A stretch of DNA of 64,000 bases from Burkholderiales bacterium (GTDB lineage: Bacteria; Pseudomonadota; Gammaproteobacteria; Burkholderiales; SG8-41): contig DATLZE010000109.1 of the NCBI GenBank assembly GCA_035574195.1, positions 19,238-83,237 of the forward strand, given 5' to 3'. How positions within the stretch are numbered: the first letter of the stretch is position 1; each line of letters begins with the position of its first letter. The notes beneath the pieces are model-generated. The model searched no databases and was not told where the DNA came from. It saw only the letters and a list, made by a program, of their open reading frames with translations. Shown here piece by piece: positions 1-9,004 of the stretch. A program made the translations under genes and the position numbers.

Positions 1-321
1 CTGGGGATCGTAGGGCAGATCGCGCCGCAGCCCGGGGTTCACCGTGATCGGCCCGGCGTTGCCGATGAGCAGCGTGTAGCCGTCGGGAGCGCTCCTCGCC
101 ACGACCTCGGCGCCGAGGCTGCCGCCCGCCCCGCCGCGGTTCTCCACCACCAGCGCCTGGCCCCACATCTCGGTCAGGCGCTGACCGAAGATGCGCGCGA
201 CCTCGTCGAGCGGCCCGCCGGCGGGATACGGCACCACCAAGCGCACAGGCCGCGCCGGGAAGGATTGGGCGGCCGCAAAGCACGATGCGCTGACGAGCGC
301 AAGCGCCAGTACCGAGCGCAT
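1..321 (-). CDS. Bug/TctC-family periplasmic solute-binding protein, N-terminal 107 codons only (gene continues past left edge)
   Basis: Own minus-strand translation from ATG 321: MRSVLALALVSASCFAAAQSFPARPVRLVVPYPAGGPLDEVARIFGQRL...NRGGAGGSLGAEVVARSAPDGYTLL. Signal peptide plus PxxPVRxxVPxxxGG, GAGG and PDGYT blocks are shared with five paralogs in the window. Not in the ORF track because it is open at the edge. Alternative in-frame ATG at 375. Confidence 0.8.
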   Translation of the reverse strand, partial: MRSVLALALVSASCFAAAQSFPARPVRLVVPYPAGGPLDEVARIFGQRLTEMWGQALVVENRGGAGGSLGAEVVARSAPDGYTLLIGNAGPITVNPGLRRDLPYDPQ

Positions 322-440
322 CGCGCGCGCGGCCAGCAACGAGAGAGGGCGAAAGATCGAGCGGTCAACCGTCATTCGAGGTGGGCCAACGGCCCGTTCT
401 TGCGCTCGTTATTTCGACATTTTTCCCGATCCCCTCGCGA

Positions 441-1445
441 TCACTTGATCGCGAGAGGATTGACCGGCGAGCCGACCGCGCCGGTGATCGGCAGCGCGGG
501 CGCGACGAACAGGAACTCGTAGCGCCCATCCTCGGCGCAGTCCCGGGCGAGGTCCGCGAGGTGGAAGATCTCCCCGACGGTCAGCCCCATGATCGGGATC
601 GCGATCCAGTGCCAGGGCTGGTTGGTGTCCTCGGTCTCGTTCGGCCGCACCTCCACGCCCCAGGTGTCGGTGGCGATGGCGGCGATCTCGCGGCGGTGGA
701 TCCACTCCAGGGTCTCGAACGCGAGACCCGGCGCATCCCCTCCGGAATAGCCGTCCCAGCTCCTGCGCGCGAGGCAGCGCTCGATGTGGCCGGTGCGAAC
801 GAGCAAATAGTCGCCGCGCCGCACCCGCACGCCCTGCTTCTCCTCGGTGTAGTCGAGGATCTCGTTGGTGATCGCGCAGCCGTCGGGCAGCCACTTCCTG
901 CCCAGCGCGCGCGCAACATCGAGCAGCACGCCGCGCCCCACCATCTTCTCGCGCGTCTTCTCGATGCCCGCCTTCTGCGCGCCGCCGGAGGTGACGTTGC
1001 GGCAGTCGTAGCCGTTCCACATGTGGTCGTAATACAGGATGTGGCCGAGCCCGTCCCACTGCGTGCCGCACTGCAGCGGCATGATGACGAGGTCGTCGGT
1101 GCCGCGGATCTTGCGGTGGTCGAGCACCCCCGAATAGGCGTCGGTGCCGGTGCGCAGCATCAGGTGCACCGGGTTGAAGCGGCCGAGCGCGGGATACTTG
1201 GTCTTGCCGCCCTGCGGCCCGTGCTGGTCGTAGTTGAGCGCGAGCGAGATGACTTTTCCCTTCCTTACCAGCCGCGCGGCAGCGACGATGTCCTGGGGAC
1301 CGGTGAAATTGAGCGTGCCGATCTCGTCCTCGGCCCCCCAGCGCCCCCAGTTCTTGTAGCGGCGCGCGGCGCGGTGGATGTCCTTGCGGGTGAGTCTCCG
1401 ATACTTCTTGTCGCGGGTATCCCTGAGCTTGGGCTTGACTGCCAT
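441..1445 (-). CDS. cyclase-family protein (kynurenine formamidase / isatin hydrolase superfamily)
   Basis: ORF 441..1502 trimmed to ATG 1445 (MAVKPKL...). CGTQWDGLGH is the variant of the HxGTHxDxPxH cyclase motif. About 334 aa, typical of this family. Confidence 0.7.
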   Translation of the reverse strand: MAVKPKLRDTRDKKYRRLTRKDIHRAARRYKNWGRWGAEDEIGTLNFTGPQDIVAAARLVRKGKVISLALNYDQHGPQGGKTKYPALGRFNPVHLMLRTGTDAYSGVLDHRKIRGTDDLVIMPLQCGTQWDGLGHILYYDHMWNGYDCRNVTSGGAQKAGIEKTREKMVGRGVLLDVARALGRKWLPDGCAITNEILDYTEEKQGVRVRRGDYLLVRTGHIERCLARRSWDGYSGGDAPGLAFETLEWIHRREIAAIATDTWGVEVRPNETEDTNQPWHWIAIPIMGLTVGEIFHLADLARDCAEDGRYEFLFVAPALPITGAVGSPVNPLAIK

Positions 1446-1494
1446 GCGATGCTTCCTCTTTTTGCGGTGTGAAAAAGTCCGAAATCCGGGGAAT

Positions 1495-2463
1495 TCAATC
1501 AACGCGCGCGCCCGAGTCCCTCACCACCTGGCCCCACTTCGCGATCTCGCGCTTGAGGTACTCGCCGAACTGCTCGGGCGTATTGGGAGTGAATTCGAAG
1601 CCCAGGGTCGCGAGGCGCTCCTTGACCGCCGGCACCTGGAGCGCCGCCGCGATCTCGGCATTGAGCTTCGCCACCACCGCGCGCGGCGTGCCGCGCGGCG
1701 CGAAGAACGCGATCCAGGTGTAGTCCTCGTAGCCGGGGAAGCCCGATTCCGCAACGGTCGCCACCTCGGGCAGCGCGGGCGTGCGGGCGAGGCTCGTCAC
1801 CGCGATGCCCTTGAGCCGGCCGGCGCGGATCAGCGGCGCCGGGGCGGTCACGGCGGCCGAGCCGAGCGCGACCTCGTTCGCCACCACCGCGTTGGCCGCG
1901 AGTCCCGCGCCGTTGTACGGGATGTGCGTGACATCGAGCTTCGCCATCGTCTTGAGCAGCCGCTCGACCGTGAGGTGCGGCGTCGTGCCCATTCCCGCCG
2001 AGGCGTATGAGAGCTTCTTCGTCCTGCCGAGCTTGATCAGCTCCTGGAGCGTGCCCGCGGGCAACGACGGGTGCGCGAAGATGAGATTCGGGATCACGCC
2101 GCCGTTGATGATCGGCGCGAAGTCCTTCGGGTCGTAGCCCGGGTTGCGGAACAGCGTCACGTTCACCGCAAACGCGCTGCTGTTCACCAGGATCGTGTAG
2201 CCGTCGGCACTGGCGCGCGCGACCAGCGCCGTGCCGATGTTGCCCCCCGCCCCGGGGCGATTGTCCACCACCACCGTCCAGCCGAGGGACTCGGTGAGCC
2301 GCTGCCCCACCACGCGCGCCATCACGTCGGTCGGCCCCCCCGGCGCGTGCGGCACCAGAAAGCGCAGCGGCCGGCTCGGATAGGATTGCGCTGTGGCGAG
2401 GCCCGAGGCGAGCGCGAGCCACGCCGCCGCAGCGAGGGCCCGGGTCCAGGTTTGCTGTCTCAT
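1495..2463 (-). CDS. Bug/TctC-family periplasmic solute-binding protein
   Basis: ORF 1495..2913 trimmed to ATG 2463: MRQQTWTRALAAAAWLALASGLATAQSYPSRPLRFLVPHAPGGPTDV..., 322 aa. The upstream part of the long ORF is Arg/Pro-rich GC-frame noise. Confidence 0.9.
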   Translation of the reverse strand: MRQQTWTRALAAAAWLALASGLATAQSYPSRPLRFLVPHAPGGPTDVMARVVGQRLTESLGWTVVVDNRPGAGGNIGTALVARASADGYTILVNSSAFAVNVTLFRNPGYDPKDFAPIINGGVIPNLIFAHPSLPAGTLQELIKLGRTKKLSYASAGMGTTPHLTVERLLKTMAKLDVTHIPYNGAGLAANAVVANEVALGSAAVTAPAPLIRAGRLKGIAVTSLARTPALPEVATVAESGFPGYEDYTWIAFFAPRGTPRAVVAKLNAEIAAALQVPAVKERLATLGFEFTPNTPEQFGEYLKREIAKWGQVVRDSGARVD

Positions 2464-2483
2464 GCGTTGCTCCTTTGCGTCCG

Positions 2484-3581
2484 TCATTCGGCGAGCGGCA
2501 GGATGACCGGTCTGCCGCTTGCTGCAGAGTGTTCGATCGCGAGCGTCGCCTCCAGCGTCGCGCGCGCCTCCCGCGGGGTGGCGAGCGCGCACGGCTTGCC
2601 GAGCGCGAGATGGTCGAGCCAGGCGCGCGTCTCGTTGGCGATCGGCCCCCAGAATTCGCCGAGCGCCCAGTCGCCCGGAGTCCCGCTCTGCAGGAACACC
2701 ATGTTCACCTCGTGGCCCGGGAGATACACGTGCGGGACGCCGCGCTCGGTGTACATCAGCTGGTCGGTATGGTCGTCGTCGAGGATCATCACGCCCTCGG
2801 TGCCGAGCACCTCGACCCGCGCGGCGTGGCCGAGCGCGGGATACTTTTCCGGAAGGGCGTAGGACACCCCGAGGCTCGCCACCGTGCCGTCGGCGTAGGT
2901 GAGGACCGCCCAACTGACGTCGTCCACGTCGAAGCCTTGCTCCTTCAGCACGCCCTTCTGGCCGCGCGCGTAGACTTCCGCGAGCGGCACCCCGTCGAGC
3001 AGCCAGCCGACGAGGTCCACGTAATAGGTGAGCGCGTCCACCACCGGGGTGGCGTGCGGGTGGCGCCGCAGCACCGCGAGGCCCTGCGAGCGCGAATTGT
3101 AGAGGCGCGCCGCCGCGCCGACGAGCCTGCCGAGCCGGCCCTGCGCGATCTGCTCCTTGGCGATCAAGTAGCGCTCCTTGTAGCGGCGGCTATAGCCCAC
3201 GCGCACGTCCGCCCCCTTGCGCTCGATCGCGCGCAGCACGCGGTCGGCGTCGGCGAGCGTCAGCGCGAGGGGCTTCTCCACCAGCACCGGCTTGCCGAGC
3301 TCGAGCGCCGCGAGCAGCGGCGCGACGTGCTCGGACTCGCTGGTGGAGACGATCACGGCGTTCACCTCGGGGCGCGCGATGACCGCCTCGTTGTCGTCGG
3401 AATGGAACTGCGCGCCGACCTCGTCGGCGAGCGCGCGGGCGCGCGCGGCCTCGCGATCGGAGACCGCGAGAAAGCGCACCGCCGGGTGCCCGGCAGCGAG
3501 CCGCGCGCGCAGCCGCCCGATGCGGCCCGAACCAACGACCGCGAGCCCGATATCCCTGCGTTCGATGGCGCCCCCCGTCAC
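2484..3581 (-). CDS. Gfo/Idh/MocA-family NAD(P)-dependent oxidoreductase
   Basis: Rossmann N-terminus IGLAVVGSGRIGRLRA and VLVEKPLA motif. No ATG; GTG at 3581 overlaps the stop of the upstream Bug gene (GTGA). 365 aa. Confidence 0.8.
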   Translation of the reverse strand: MTGGAIERRDIGLAVVGSGRIGRLRARLAAGHPAVRFLAVSDREAARARALADEVGAQFHSDDNEAVIARPEVNAVIVSTSESEHVAPLLAALELGKPVLVEKPLALTLADADRVLRAIERKGADVRVGYSRRYKERYLIAKEQIAQGRLGRLVGAAARLYNSRSQGLAVLRRHPHATPVVDALTYYVDLVGWLLDGVPLAEVYARGQKGVLKEQGFDVDDVSWAVLTYADGTVASLGVSYALPEKYPALGHAARVEVLGTEGVMILDDDHTDQLMYTERGVPHVYLPGHEVNMVFLQSGTPGDWALGEFWGPIANETRAWLDHLALGKPCALATPREARATLEATLAIEHSAASGRPVILPLAE

Positions 3582-4567
3582 TCGACGCGGATGCCCGCCT
3601 CTTGGATGAGCTTGGCGTACTTCTTGATTTCGGAACGGATCAGCGCGTCGAGCTCCTCGGGCGGAGCGCCGATCGGCTCGATCCCGTTCTTGATCAAGAA
3701 GCCGCGGTAATCCGGCTGATTGAGCACGCGCACGACCTCGCCGTTGAGCCGCGTGACGATGTCGCGCGGCGTGCCTGCCGGCGCGAGCAGCGCGTACCAC
3801 ACGCCCGAGTCGTACCCCGGCACGCCGGACTCCGCGATCGTGGGCAGCTCGGGCAGCGAGGCGGGCCGCTTTGCGGTGCTGACGGCGAGCGCCCGGATGC
3901 GCCCGCTCTGGATGTGCGGCCAAGAGGCGAGCTGGGTGGCGAACAGCACCTGCACGTTGCCCGCGAGAAGGTCCATCAGCGCCGGCCCGCCGCCCTTGTA
4001 CGGCACGTGCAGCATGCGGATTGCGGCCATGCGGGTGAAAAGCTCGGCCGCGAGGTGCCCCCCGCTGCCGCTGCCGGAGGATGAATAGGCGATTTCGCCC
4101 GGCCGCGCCTTGGCGAGCGCGATGAGCTCCTTCACCGATTTGACCGGCAGCGAAGGATGCACCACCAGGATGTAGATGCCCGAGCCGAACAGGGTGATCG
4201 GCGCGAAATCGCGCACGGGATCGTAGGGAATCTTCCGGTAGAGGCCCGGATTGATCGCGAGCTGGGCCGAAAGCGCGAACACGAGGGTGTAGCCATCCGG
4301 GGCCGAGCGCGCCACCAGCTCCATGCCGATGTTGCCGTTCGCGCCGCCGCGGTTGTCCACGAACACCTGCTGGCCCAGGCCTTCCGACATCTTCTGCGCG
4401 AGCGGCCGGGCGATCGTGTCCGAGCCGCCGCCCGGCGGATACGGCACGACCAGCCGCACGGGCTTGGCGGGATAGGCTTGCGCCTGGAGCGCAGGTGCCG
4501 CAGCGCCTGCGGCGAGCGGCACGAGCACCGCCGCCGCGAATCGCAAGACGTTATCGTGAACCCGCAC
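3578..4567 (-). CDS. Bug/TctC-family periplasmic solute-binding protein
   Basis: 329-aa ORF: MRVHDNVLRFAAAVLVPLAAGAAAPALQAQAYPAKPVRLVVPYPPGGGSD..., full-length family match by motif. Confidence 0.9.
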   Translation of the reverse strand: MRVHDNVLRFAAAVLVPLAAGAAAPALQAQAYPAKPVRLVVPYPPGGGSDTIARPLAQKMSEGLGQQVFVDNRGGANGNIGMELVARSAPDGYTLVFALSAQLAINPGLYRKIPYDPVRDFAPITLFGSGIYILVVHPSLPVKSVKELIALAKARPGEIAYSSSGSGSGGHLAAELFTRMAAIRMLHVPYKGGGPALMDLLAGNVQVLFATQLASWPHIQSGRIRALAVSTAKRPASLPELPTIAESGVPGYDSGVWYALLAPAGTPRDIVTRLNGEVVRVLNQPDYRGFLIKNGIEPIGAPPEELDALIRSEIKKYAKLIQEAGIRVE

Positions 4568-4593
4568 GGAAGCCTCCTCCGGATGATCCGGCG

Positions 4594-4622
4594 TTGGATG
4601 CGCCGCCCTCTCTGTGTATCAT
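4594..4622 (+). promoter_or_regulatory. candidate sigma70-type promoter for the PQQ-dehydrogenase/cytochrome c pair
   Basis: TTGGAT (4594-4599), 17 nt, TATCAT (4617-4622). The 12-mer TGTATCATAGGG (4615-4626) recurs at the putative rpsT promoter (42242-42253). By-eye call only. Confidence 0.3.
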
Positions 4623-4681
4623 AGGGTCACGGGTTCTCGCAACCGGTTATCCCGCGACCAACTCGCATGCAGGGAGGTCCC

Positions 4682-5953
4682 ATGAAACAGCCTCTTTCCC
4701 GTTTGCTGCGCACCCCCGTCCTCCGCAAGCTCGCACCCGGCGCCCTCGCGCTGGCGGCCGGTTATGCGCTCGCCCAGCAGATGATCGGGCCGCCCACCAC
4801 CCCGCCGAGCCCCGAAGCGGTCAAGGGGCAGAAGGCCAAAGGCGGCTACGTTCCCGAGCGCATGAAGAACCCGCACGTGATGCCGCATCCGCCGCGGATG
4901 ACGGTGACGCCACCCTCGGAGATCCCGCTCGACCGGATCAAGGTCCCCCCGGGCTTCAAGGTCGAGCTGTGGGCGCACGGCATGCCCGGAGTGCGCATGA
5001 TGACGCGCGGAACCAAGGGCACGATCTGGGCAGGCACGCGCATCATCGGGCGCGTCTACGAGATCAAGGACCGCGGCACCCACCGCGAGCACCGCATTCT
5101 CGCCGAGAAGCTCACGCAGCCGAACGGAGTGGCGTTCCTCGGGGGCAACCTCTACGTGATCGCGATCAACCGCGTGTTCCGCTACGACGGCATCGAGGAC
5201 AACCCCGACGTGAAGCCGGTGGAGCTGACCGCGCAATTCAAGCTCCCGCCCGAGGCGCACCACAACTGGAAGTTCATCGCGTTCGGTCCCGACAACCGGC
5301 TCTACGTCCAGGTCGGCGCGCCGTGCAACGTCTGCGAGGTGAGCGAGGAGTACGCGCAGATCCGCAGCTATAGCGCCGACGGCTCGAACATGGAGGTCGT
5401 GGCGCGCGGGGTGCGCAATACGGTGGGCTTCGACTTCCACCCCCGGACCGGCGAGCTGTGGTTCACCGACAACGGGCGCGACTGGATGGGCGAGAACGCG
5501 CCGGAGGACGAACTGAACCGCGTCTCGAAGAGCGGACAGTTCTTCGGCTTTCCATGGTGTCACGCCCAAGGCATTCCCGACCCGGACGTGAAGAAGAAGG
5601 ACCCCTGCAAGGGCGTGACTCGCCCGGTCGCGCTGCTCGGCCCGCACGCCGCAGCGCTCGGCATGCGCTTCTACACCGGCAAGATGTTCCCCAAAGAATA
5701 CCAGGACTCGATCTTCATCGCGCGCCGCGGCTCGTGGAACCGAGCCGCGCTCTTCGGCTTCGACGTCGTCAACGTGCGGGTAACCCCCGACGGCAGGAAC
5801 GCGAAGGTGATCCCGTTCATGACCGGCTTCATGGACGCCAGGGAGAACAAGTTCTGGGGCCGTCCGGTGGACGTGCTGCAGTTGCCCGACGGCTCGTTGC
5901 TCGTCTCCGACGAGCAGGTGGGAGCCATCTACCGGGTCACGTATTCGAAATAG
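4682..5953 (+). CDS. PQQ-dependent sugar dehydrogenase (sorbosone / soluble aldose dehydrogenase family), secreted
   Basis: ORF 4667..5953. The second ATG (4682) has a GGGAGG Shine-Dalgarno 5 nt upstream. Signal peptide MKQPLSRLLRTPVLRKLAPGALALAAGYALA. Beta-propeller blocks such as NGVAF..GNLYV, WFTDNGRD and GFPWCH. Confidence 0.75.
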   Translation: MKQPLSRLLRTPVLRKLAPGALALAAGYALAQQMIGPPTTPPSPEAVKGQKAKGGYVPERMKNPHVMPHPPRMTVTPPSEIPLDRIKVPPGFKVELWAHGMPGVRMMTRGTKGTIWAGTRIIGRVYEIKDRGTHREHRILAEKLTQPNGVAFLGGNLYVIAINRVFRYDGIEDNPDVKPVELTAQFKLPPEAHHNWKFIAFGPDNRLYVQVGAPCNVCEVSEEYAQIRSYSADGSNMEVVARGVRNTVGFDFHPRTGELWFTDNGRDWMGENAPEDELNRVSKSGQFFGFPWCHAQGIPDPDVKKKDPCKGVTRPVALLGPHAAALGMRFYTGKMFPKEYQDSIFIARRGSWNRAALFGFDVVNVRVTPDGRNAKVIPFMTGFMDARENKFWGRPVDVLQLPDGSLLVSDEQVGAIYRVTYSK

Positions 5954-6571
5954 ATGGCAGGTCCCGACGCGACTGGGCGAGCGGGATGCGCCCGGCGCGC
6001 TGCCGCTGTTCTGCTCTGCGCCGCCTCCCTCTGCGGTGTTGCGGCCGCGCGCGCCGAGCGCGATACGCCGCGCACCGCCGCGCGGCTCGCCGCCTGCGAA
6101 GCCTGTCACGGCACCGCCGGGCGCCCGCCGCTCGCCGGCACCCCTTCGCTCTCCGGCCAGCAGCGCGAGTTCCTCGCGCTGCAGATGTTCCTGTTTCGCG
6201 AGGGGTTGCGTGAAGCCGCGCAGATGGCGAAAACGATGGACGGACTCACCGACAACGATCTGCTCGAAATCGCCTCGTATTTCGCGAGGCAGCCCCCTCC
6301 GCGGGCGGACGGGAAAAAGGACCCCGGGCTCTACGCGCGCGGCGCGGCGCTGTCCAGAGCGATGGGCTGCGGCGGCTGCCACGGGGAGGATTTCCGCGGC
6401 CAGCAGCACGTGCCGCGGCTCGCGAATCAGCGCGAGGACTATCTCGCGGCCGCGATGAAAGCGTACCGGGACAATCGGCGCACCGGCATCGACACCACCA
6501 TGAACGGCATCCTGTACCGGGTGCCGGACGCCGACCTCGAGGCGCTGGCGCATTTTCTCGCCCATCGGTGA
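5954..6571 (+). CDS. dihaem class I cytochrome c (c4-like)
   Basis: Two CxxCH motifs (CEACHG, CGGCHG) in 205 aa. The start ATG abuts the upstream stop (TAGATG), which suggests translational coupling to the dehydrogenase. Confidence 0.8.
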   Translation: MAGPDATGRAGCARRAAAVLLCAASLCGVAAARAERDTPRTAARLAACEACHGTAGRPPLAGTPSLSGQQREFLALQMFLFREGLREAAQMAKTMDGLTDNDLLEIASYFARQPPPRADGKKDPGLYARGAALSRAMGCGGCHGEDFRGQQHVPRLANQREDYLAAAMKAYRDNRRTGIDTTMNGILYRVPDADLEALAHFLAHR

Positions 6572-6603
6572 CAGCGCGGCAAGGCCAGCCGGACGCGCGG
6601 AAC

Positions 6604-8202
6604 CTACTTCGCTGCCTGCAAATCGGCCGCCCTCGCCCTGAGCGAGGGATCGGCCCTGAGCACATGCTTGGCGACCTTGTGCGTCGGCGTGTGCGGCAGC
6701 TCGTCCACGAGGAGCACATAGCGCGGCACCTTGGCCGGCGCGAGCCGCTCGCGGCACCACCGGGCGATCTCCTCCGCCGCTAGGGGGCAACCCGGCTTGG
6801 GCACCACGACGGCCAGGATCTCGTCCTCGCCGAGCTCGGAGGGCACGGGGATCGCCGCCGCTTCGTGCACCGCGGGGTGCGCGCCGATCACGCGGTCGAG
6901 CTCGGCCCCCGAGATGTTCTCGCCCCGGCGGCGGATGATGTCTTTCTTGCGCGCGACGAAATAGTAGTAACCGTCGGCATCGCGCCGGACGAGGTCGCCG
7001 GTCAGGAACCACCCGTCGCGAAACGCGGCCCGCGTCTGCTCCGGGTCGCGCCAGTAGCCCTGCATCACGATCGGATGCTTGACCCAGAGCTCCCCTACTT
7101 CGCCGGTGCCGACCTCATCGCCGTTCTCGTCCACGACCTTGCACTCGGCCCACGGGCGCGCGGGATCGGGGTGGCGGCCGACCGGCCCCATGCTGCCCGG
7201 CTTCTGCGGTCCTTCGAACGGATTGCAGGTGACGCCCGGGATCTCGGTCATGCCGAAGCCGCCGATGAGATGCGGGATGCCGAATTCCTCGCGGAAGACC
7301 TGCGCGGCGCTCTCGCGGACCCCGTACACCTTCCGGATGCGGTGATCGGGCCGGAACTCGCTGCGCGGCCGGTTCTTCAGGATCGTGCCGATCGCCTCGA
7401 TGATGTTGACCTCGGTCGCTCCGGTCTGCACCGCGGTCGCCCAGAAGGTCGAGGCGGAGAATCTCGGCACGACCGCCATCGAGCAGCCGGCGGCGAGCGT
7501 GCCCGCGACCGAGTAGAACAGGGCATTCACGTGAAACAGCGGCAGCACGATCAGCAGCCGCTCGTCGGGCTGCAGGTACATGCGCTGCACGAACGCCTCG
7601 CCGCAGGTGACGAAATTCGCCTGGCTGTGCATCACCCCTTTGGGGAAGCCGGTGGTGCCCGAGGTATAGACGATGAGGCAGGTGTCGCCGGGGCGGCCCG
7701 CGCGCGGGGGCGCGCACGGCGGCGCCCGCTCGATCCACTCGCGCAGAAGCGGCGCTTCGCCGCCGTTGCCGTCGAGCAGCACGAACCAGGGCGGCCGCGC
7801 GAGCCCCTCGCACGCGCTGCGCGCCGTGCCGAGCGCCGCCTGCGAGGCGGCGACGCCGCACACCTCGGCATGATGCAGCACGTAGCGCGCCTCTTCCACT
7901 CCGAATTCGGGATTGACCGGCACCAGGATGGCGCCCAGGCGCGCGGCGGCGAAGAGCAGCAGCAGGTGCCCCTCGTGGTTGCGCGCCATCACCGCGACGC
8001 GGTCGCCGCGCCCGAGGCCGCGCTCGGCGAGCGCGCACGCGGTTCTCGCCGCCGCCTCGTCGAACTCGCGCCACGACCAGGTTCTGCCTTCGAACAGCAG
8101 GAACGGGCGCTCGGGGTCGCGCGCCATGCGGCTCGCGAACGCGCCCGCGAGCGTGCCGTCGTGCTGCGGATAGAGCCGCAGGACCTCGAGCGGCTTCTTC
8201 AT
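6604..8202 (-). CDS. AMP-dependent synthetase/ligase (acyl-CoA synthetase family)
   Basis: 532-aa ORF with the YTSGTTGFPKGV AMP-binding motif, GYW..P and a C-terminal PHTPTHKV block. Confidence 0.9.
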   Translation of the reverse strand: MKKPLEVLRLYPQHDGTLAGAFASRMARDPERPFLLFEGRTWSWREFDEAAARTACALAERGLGRGDRVAVMARNHEGHLLLLFAAARLGAILVPVNPEFGVEEARYVLHHAEVCGVAASQAALGTARSACEGLARPPWFVLLDGNGGEAPLLREWIERAPPCAPPRAGRPGDTCLIVYTSGTTGFPKGVMHSQANFVTCGEAFVQRMYLQPDERLLIVLPLFHVNALFYSVAGTLAAGCSMAVVPRFSASTFWATAVQTGATEVNIIEAIGTILKNRPRSEFRPDHRIRKVYGVRESAAQVFREEFGIPHLIGGFGMTEIPGVTCNPFEGPQKPGSMGPVGRHPDPARPWAECKVVDENGDEVGTGEVGELWVKHPIVMQGYWRDPEQTRAAFRDGWFLTGDLVRRDADGYYYFVARKKDIIRRRGENISGAELDRVIGAHPAVHEAAAIPVPSELGEDEILAVVVPKPGCPLAAEEIARWCRERLAPAKVPRYVLLVDELPHTPTHKVAKHVLRADPSLRARAADLQAAK

Positions 8203-8231
8203 CGGGTCAAGAACTTTCGGCCACGGACGCC

Positions 8232-8393
8232 CCGGAGAACACGGAGCCCCGGAACGACATGCGAGACGCGGGATACGAGATAAAACCGCGATCTTCTATC
8301 GCGTCCCGGCTACCTCGCATTTCGATCCGTGCGTCCCGTATCGCGTATCCCGGATCACGGATTCGGTTTCTCTGCGAACTCCGTGTTCTCCGA
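8232..8393. repeat. structured intergenic palindrome built from 7-nt units (CGTATCN type)
   Basis: Outer arms CCGGAGAACACGGAG (8232-8246) and CTCCGTGTTCTCCG (8379-8392) are 14/15 complementary. Inner arms share CATGCGAG..CGGGATACG with their reverse complement. The right arm reads as phased heptamers TCGCATT TCGATCC GTGCGTC CCGTATC GCGTATC CCGGATC ACGGATT CGGTTTC (8315-8370). Confidence 0.6.
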
Positions 8394-8406
8394 GGCTGAA
8401 GATTCT

Positions 8407-8820
8407 TCAGCGGCGCCTGTGGCGCGCCTCGGCGTCCAGTTCCTGGTAGACCTCGCGCATCAGGCGCAGCGCGTCCACCGCCTTGGGGTAGCCGCAGTAA
8501 ATCGCGCAGTGCAGCAGCGCCTCCGCGATCTCCTTGCGGGTGAGACCGTTCCTCAACGCGGCGCGAATGTGGAGCTTCAGCTCGTGGCGCAAATTCATCG
8601 CGGTGAGCGCGGCGAGGTTGAGGAAGCTCCTCACCTTGCGCGGCAGCCCGGGGCGCGACCATACCAGTCCCCACGCGCTCTTGGTGGCGAGCTCTTCGAA
8701 CGGCCAGGTGTACTGGTCGGCGGCCGCGAGCCGGCTCTCGACATAGTCGGCGCCGAGCAGTTCCTTGCGGATTTTCAGTCCCTTGCGAAACAGCGGATCC
8801 TTGGTGAAGGCGGGGCGCAT
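8407..8820 (-). CDS. carboxymuconolactone decarboxylase (CMD/PcaC-like) family protein
   Basis: 137-aa ORF. WSRPGL..R.R.L..LA.L and the HCAIYCGYP block are typical of gamma-CMD family proteins. Confidence 0.75.
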   Translation of the reverse strand: MRPAFTKDPLFRKGLKIRKELLGADYVESRLAAADQYTWPFEELATKSAWGLVWSRPGLPRKVRSFLNLAALTAMNLRHELKLHIRAALRNGLTRKEIAEALLHCAIYCGYPKAVDALRLMREVYQELDAEARHRRR

Positions 8821-8952
8821 CGAATTTCCTTTTCAATCGGACTGCAAGCCTCTCAATGGTACTACACGGCTCCGCGACCTCATGCCCGTATCGCATTGTG
8901 AACGGAAATCCGAAAATAAAGCTCCGGACCGCGGCTCTTGCCGCGCCCCGCG

Positions 8953-9001
8953 CCTCTCGTTCATCATTCGCCATTCGCCGCTCATCATTCCGTTCATCGC
9001 C
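8953..9001. repeat. phased heptamer tract (TTCNNCN) abutting the lactonase start codon
   Basis: CCTCTCG TTCATCA TTCGCCA TTCGCCG CTCATCA TTCCGTT CATCGCC ends 3 nt before ATG 9005. TCATCATTC occurs twice and CATTCGCC occurs in tandem. Confidence 0.45.
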
Positions 9002-9004
9002 GAG

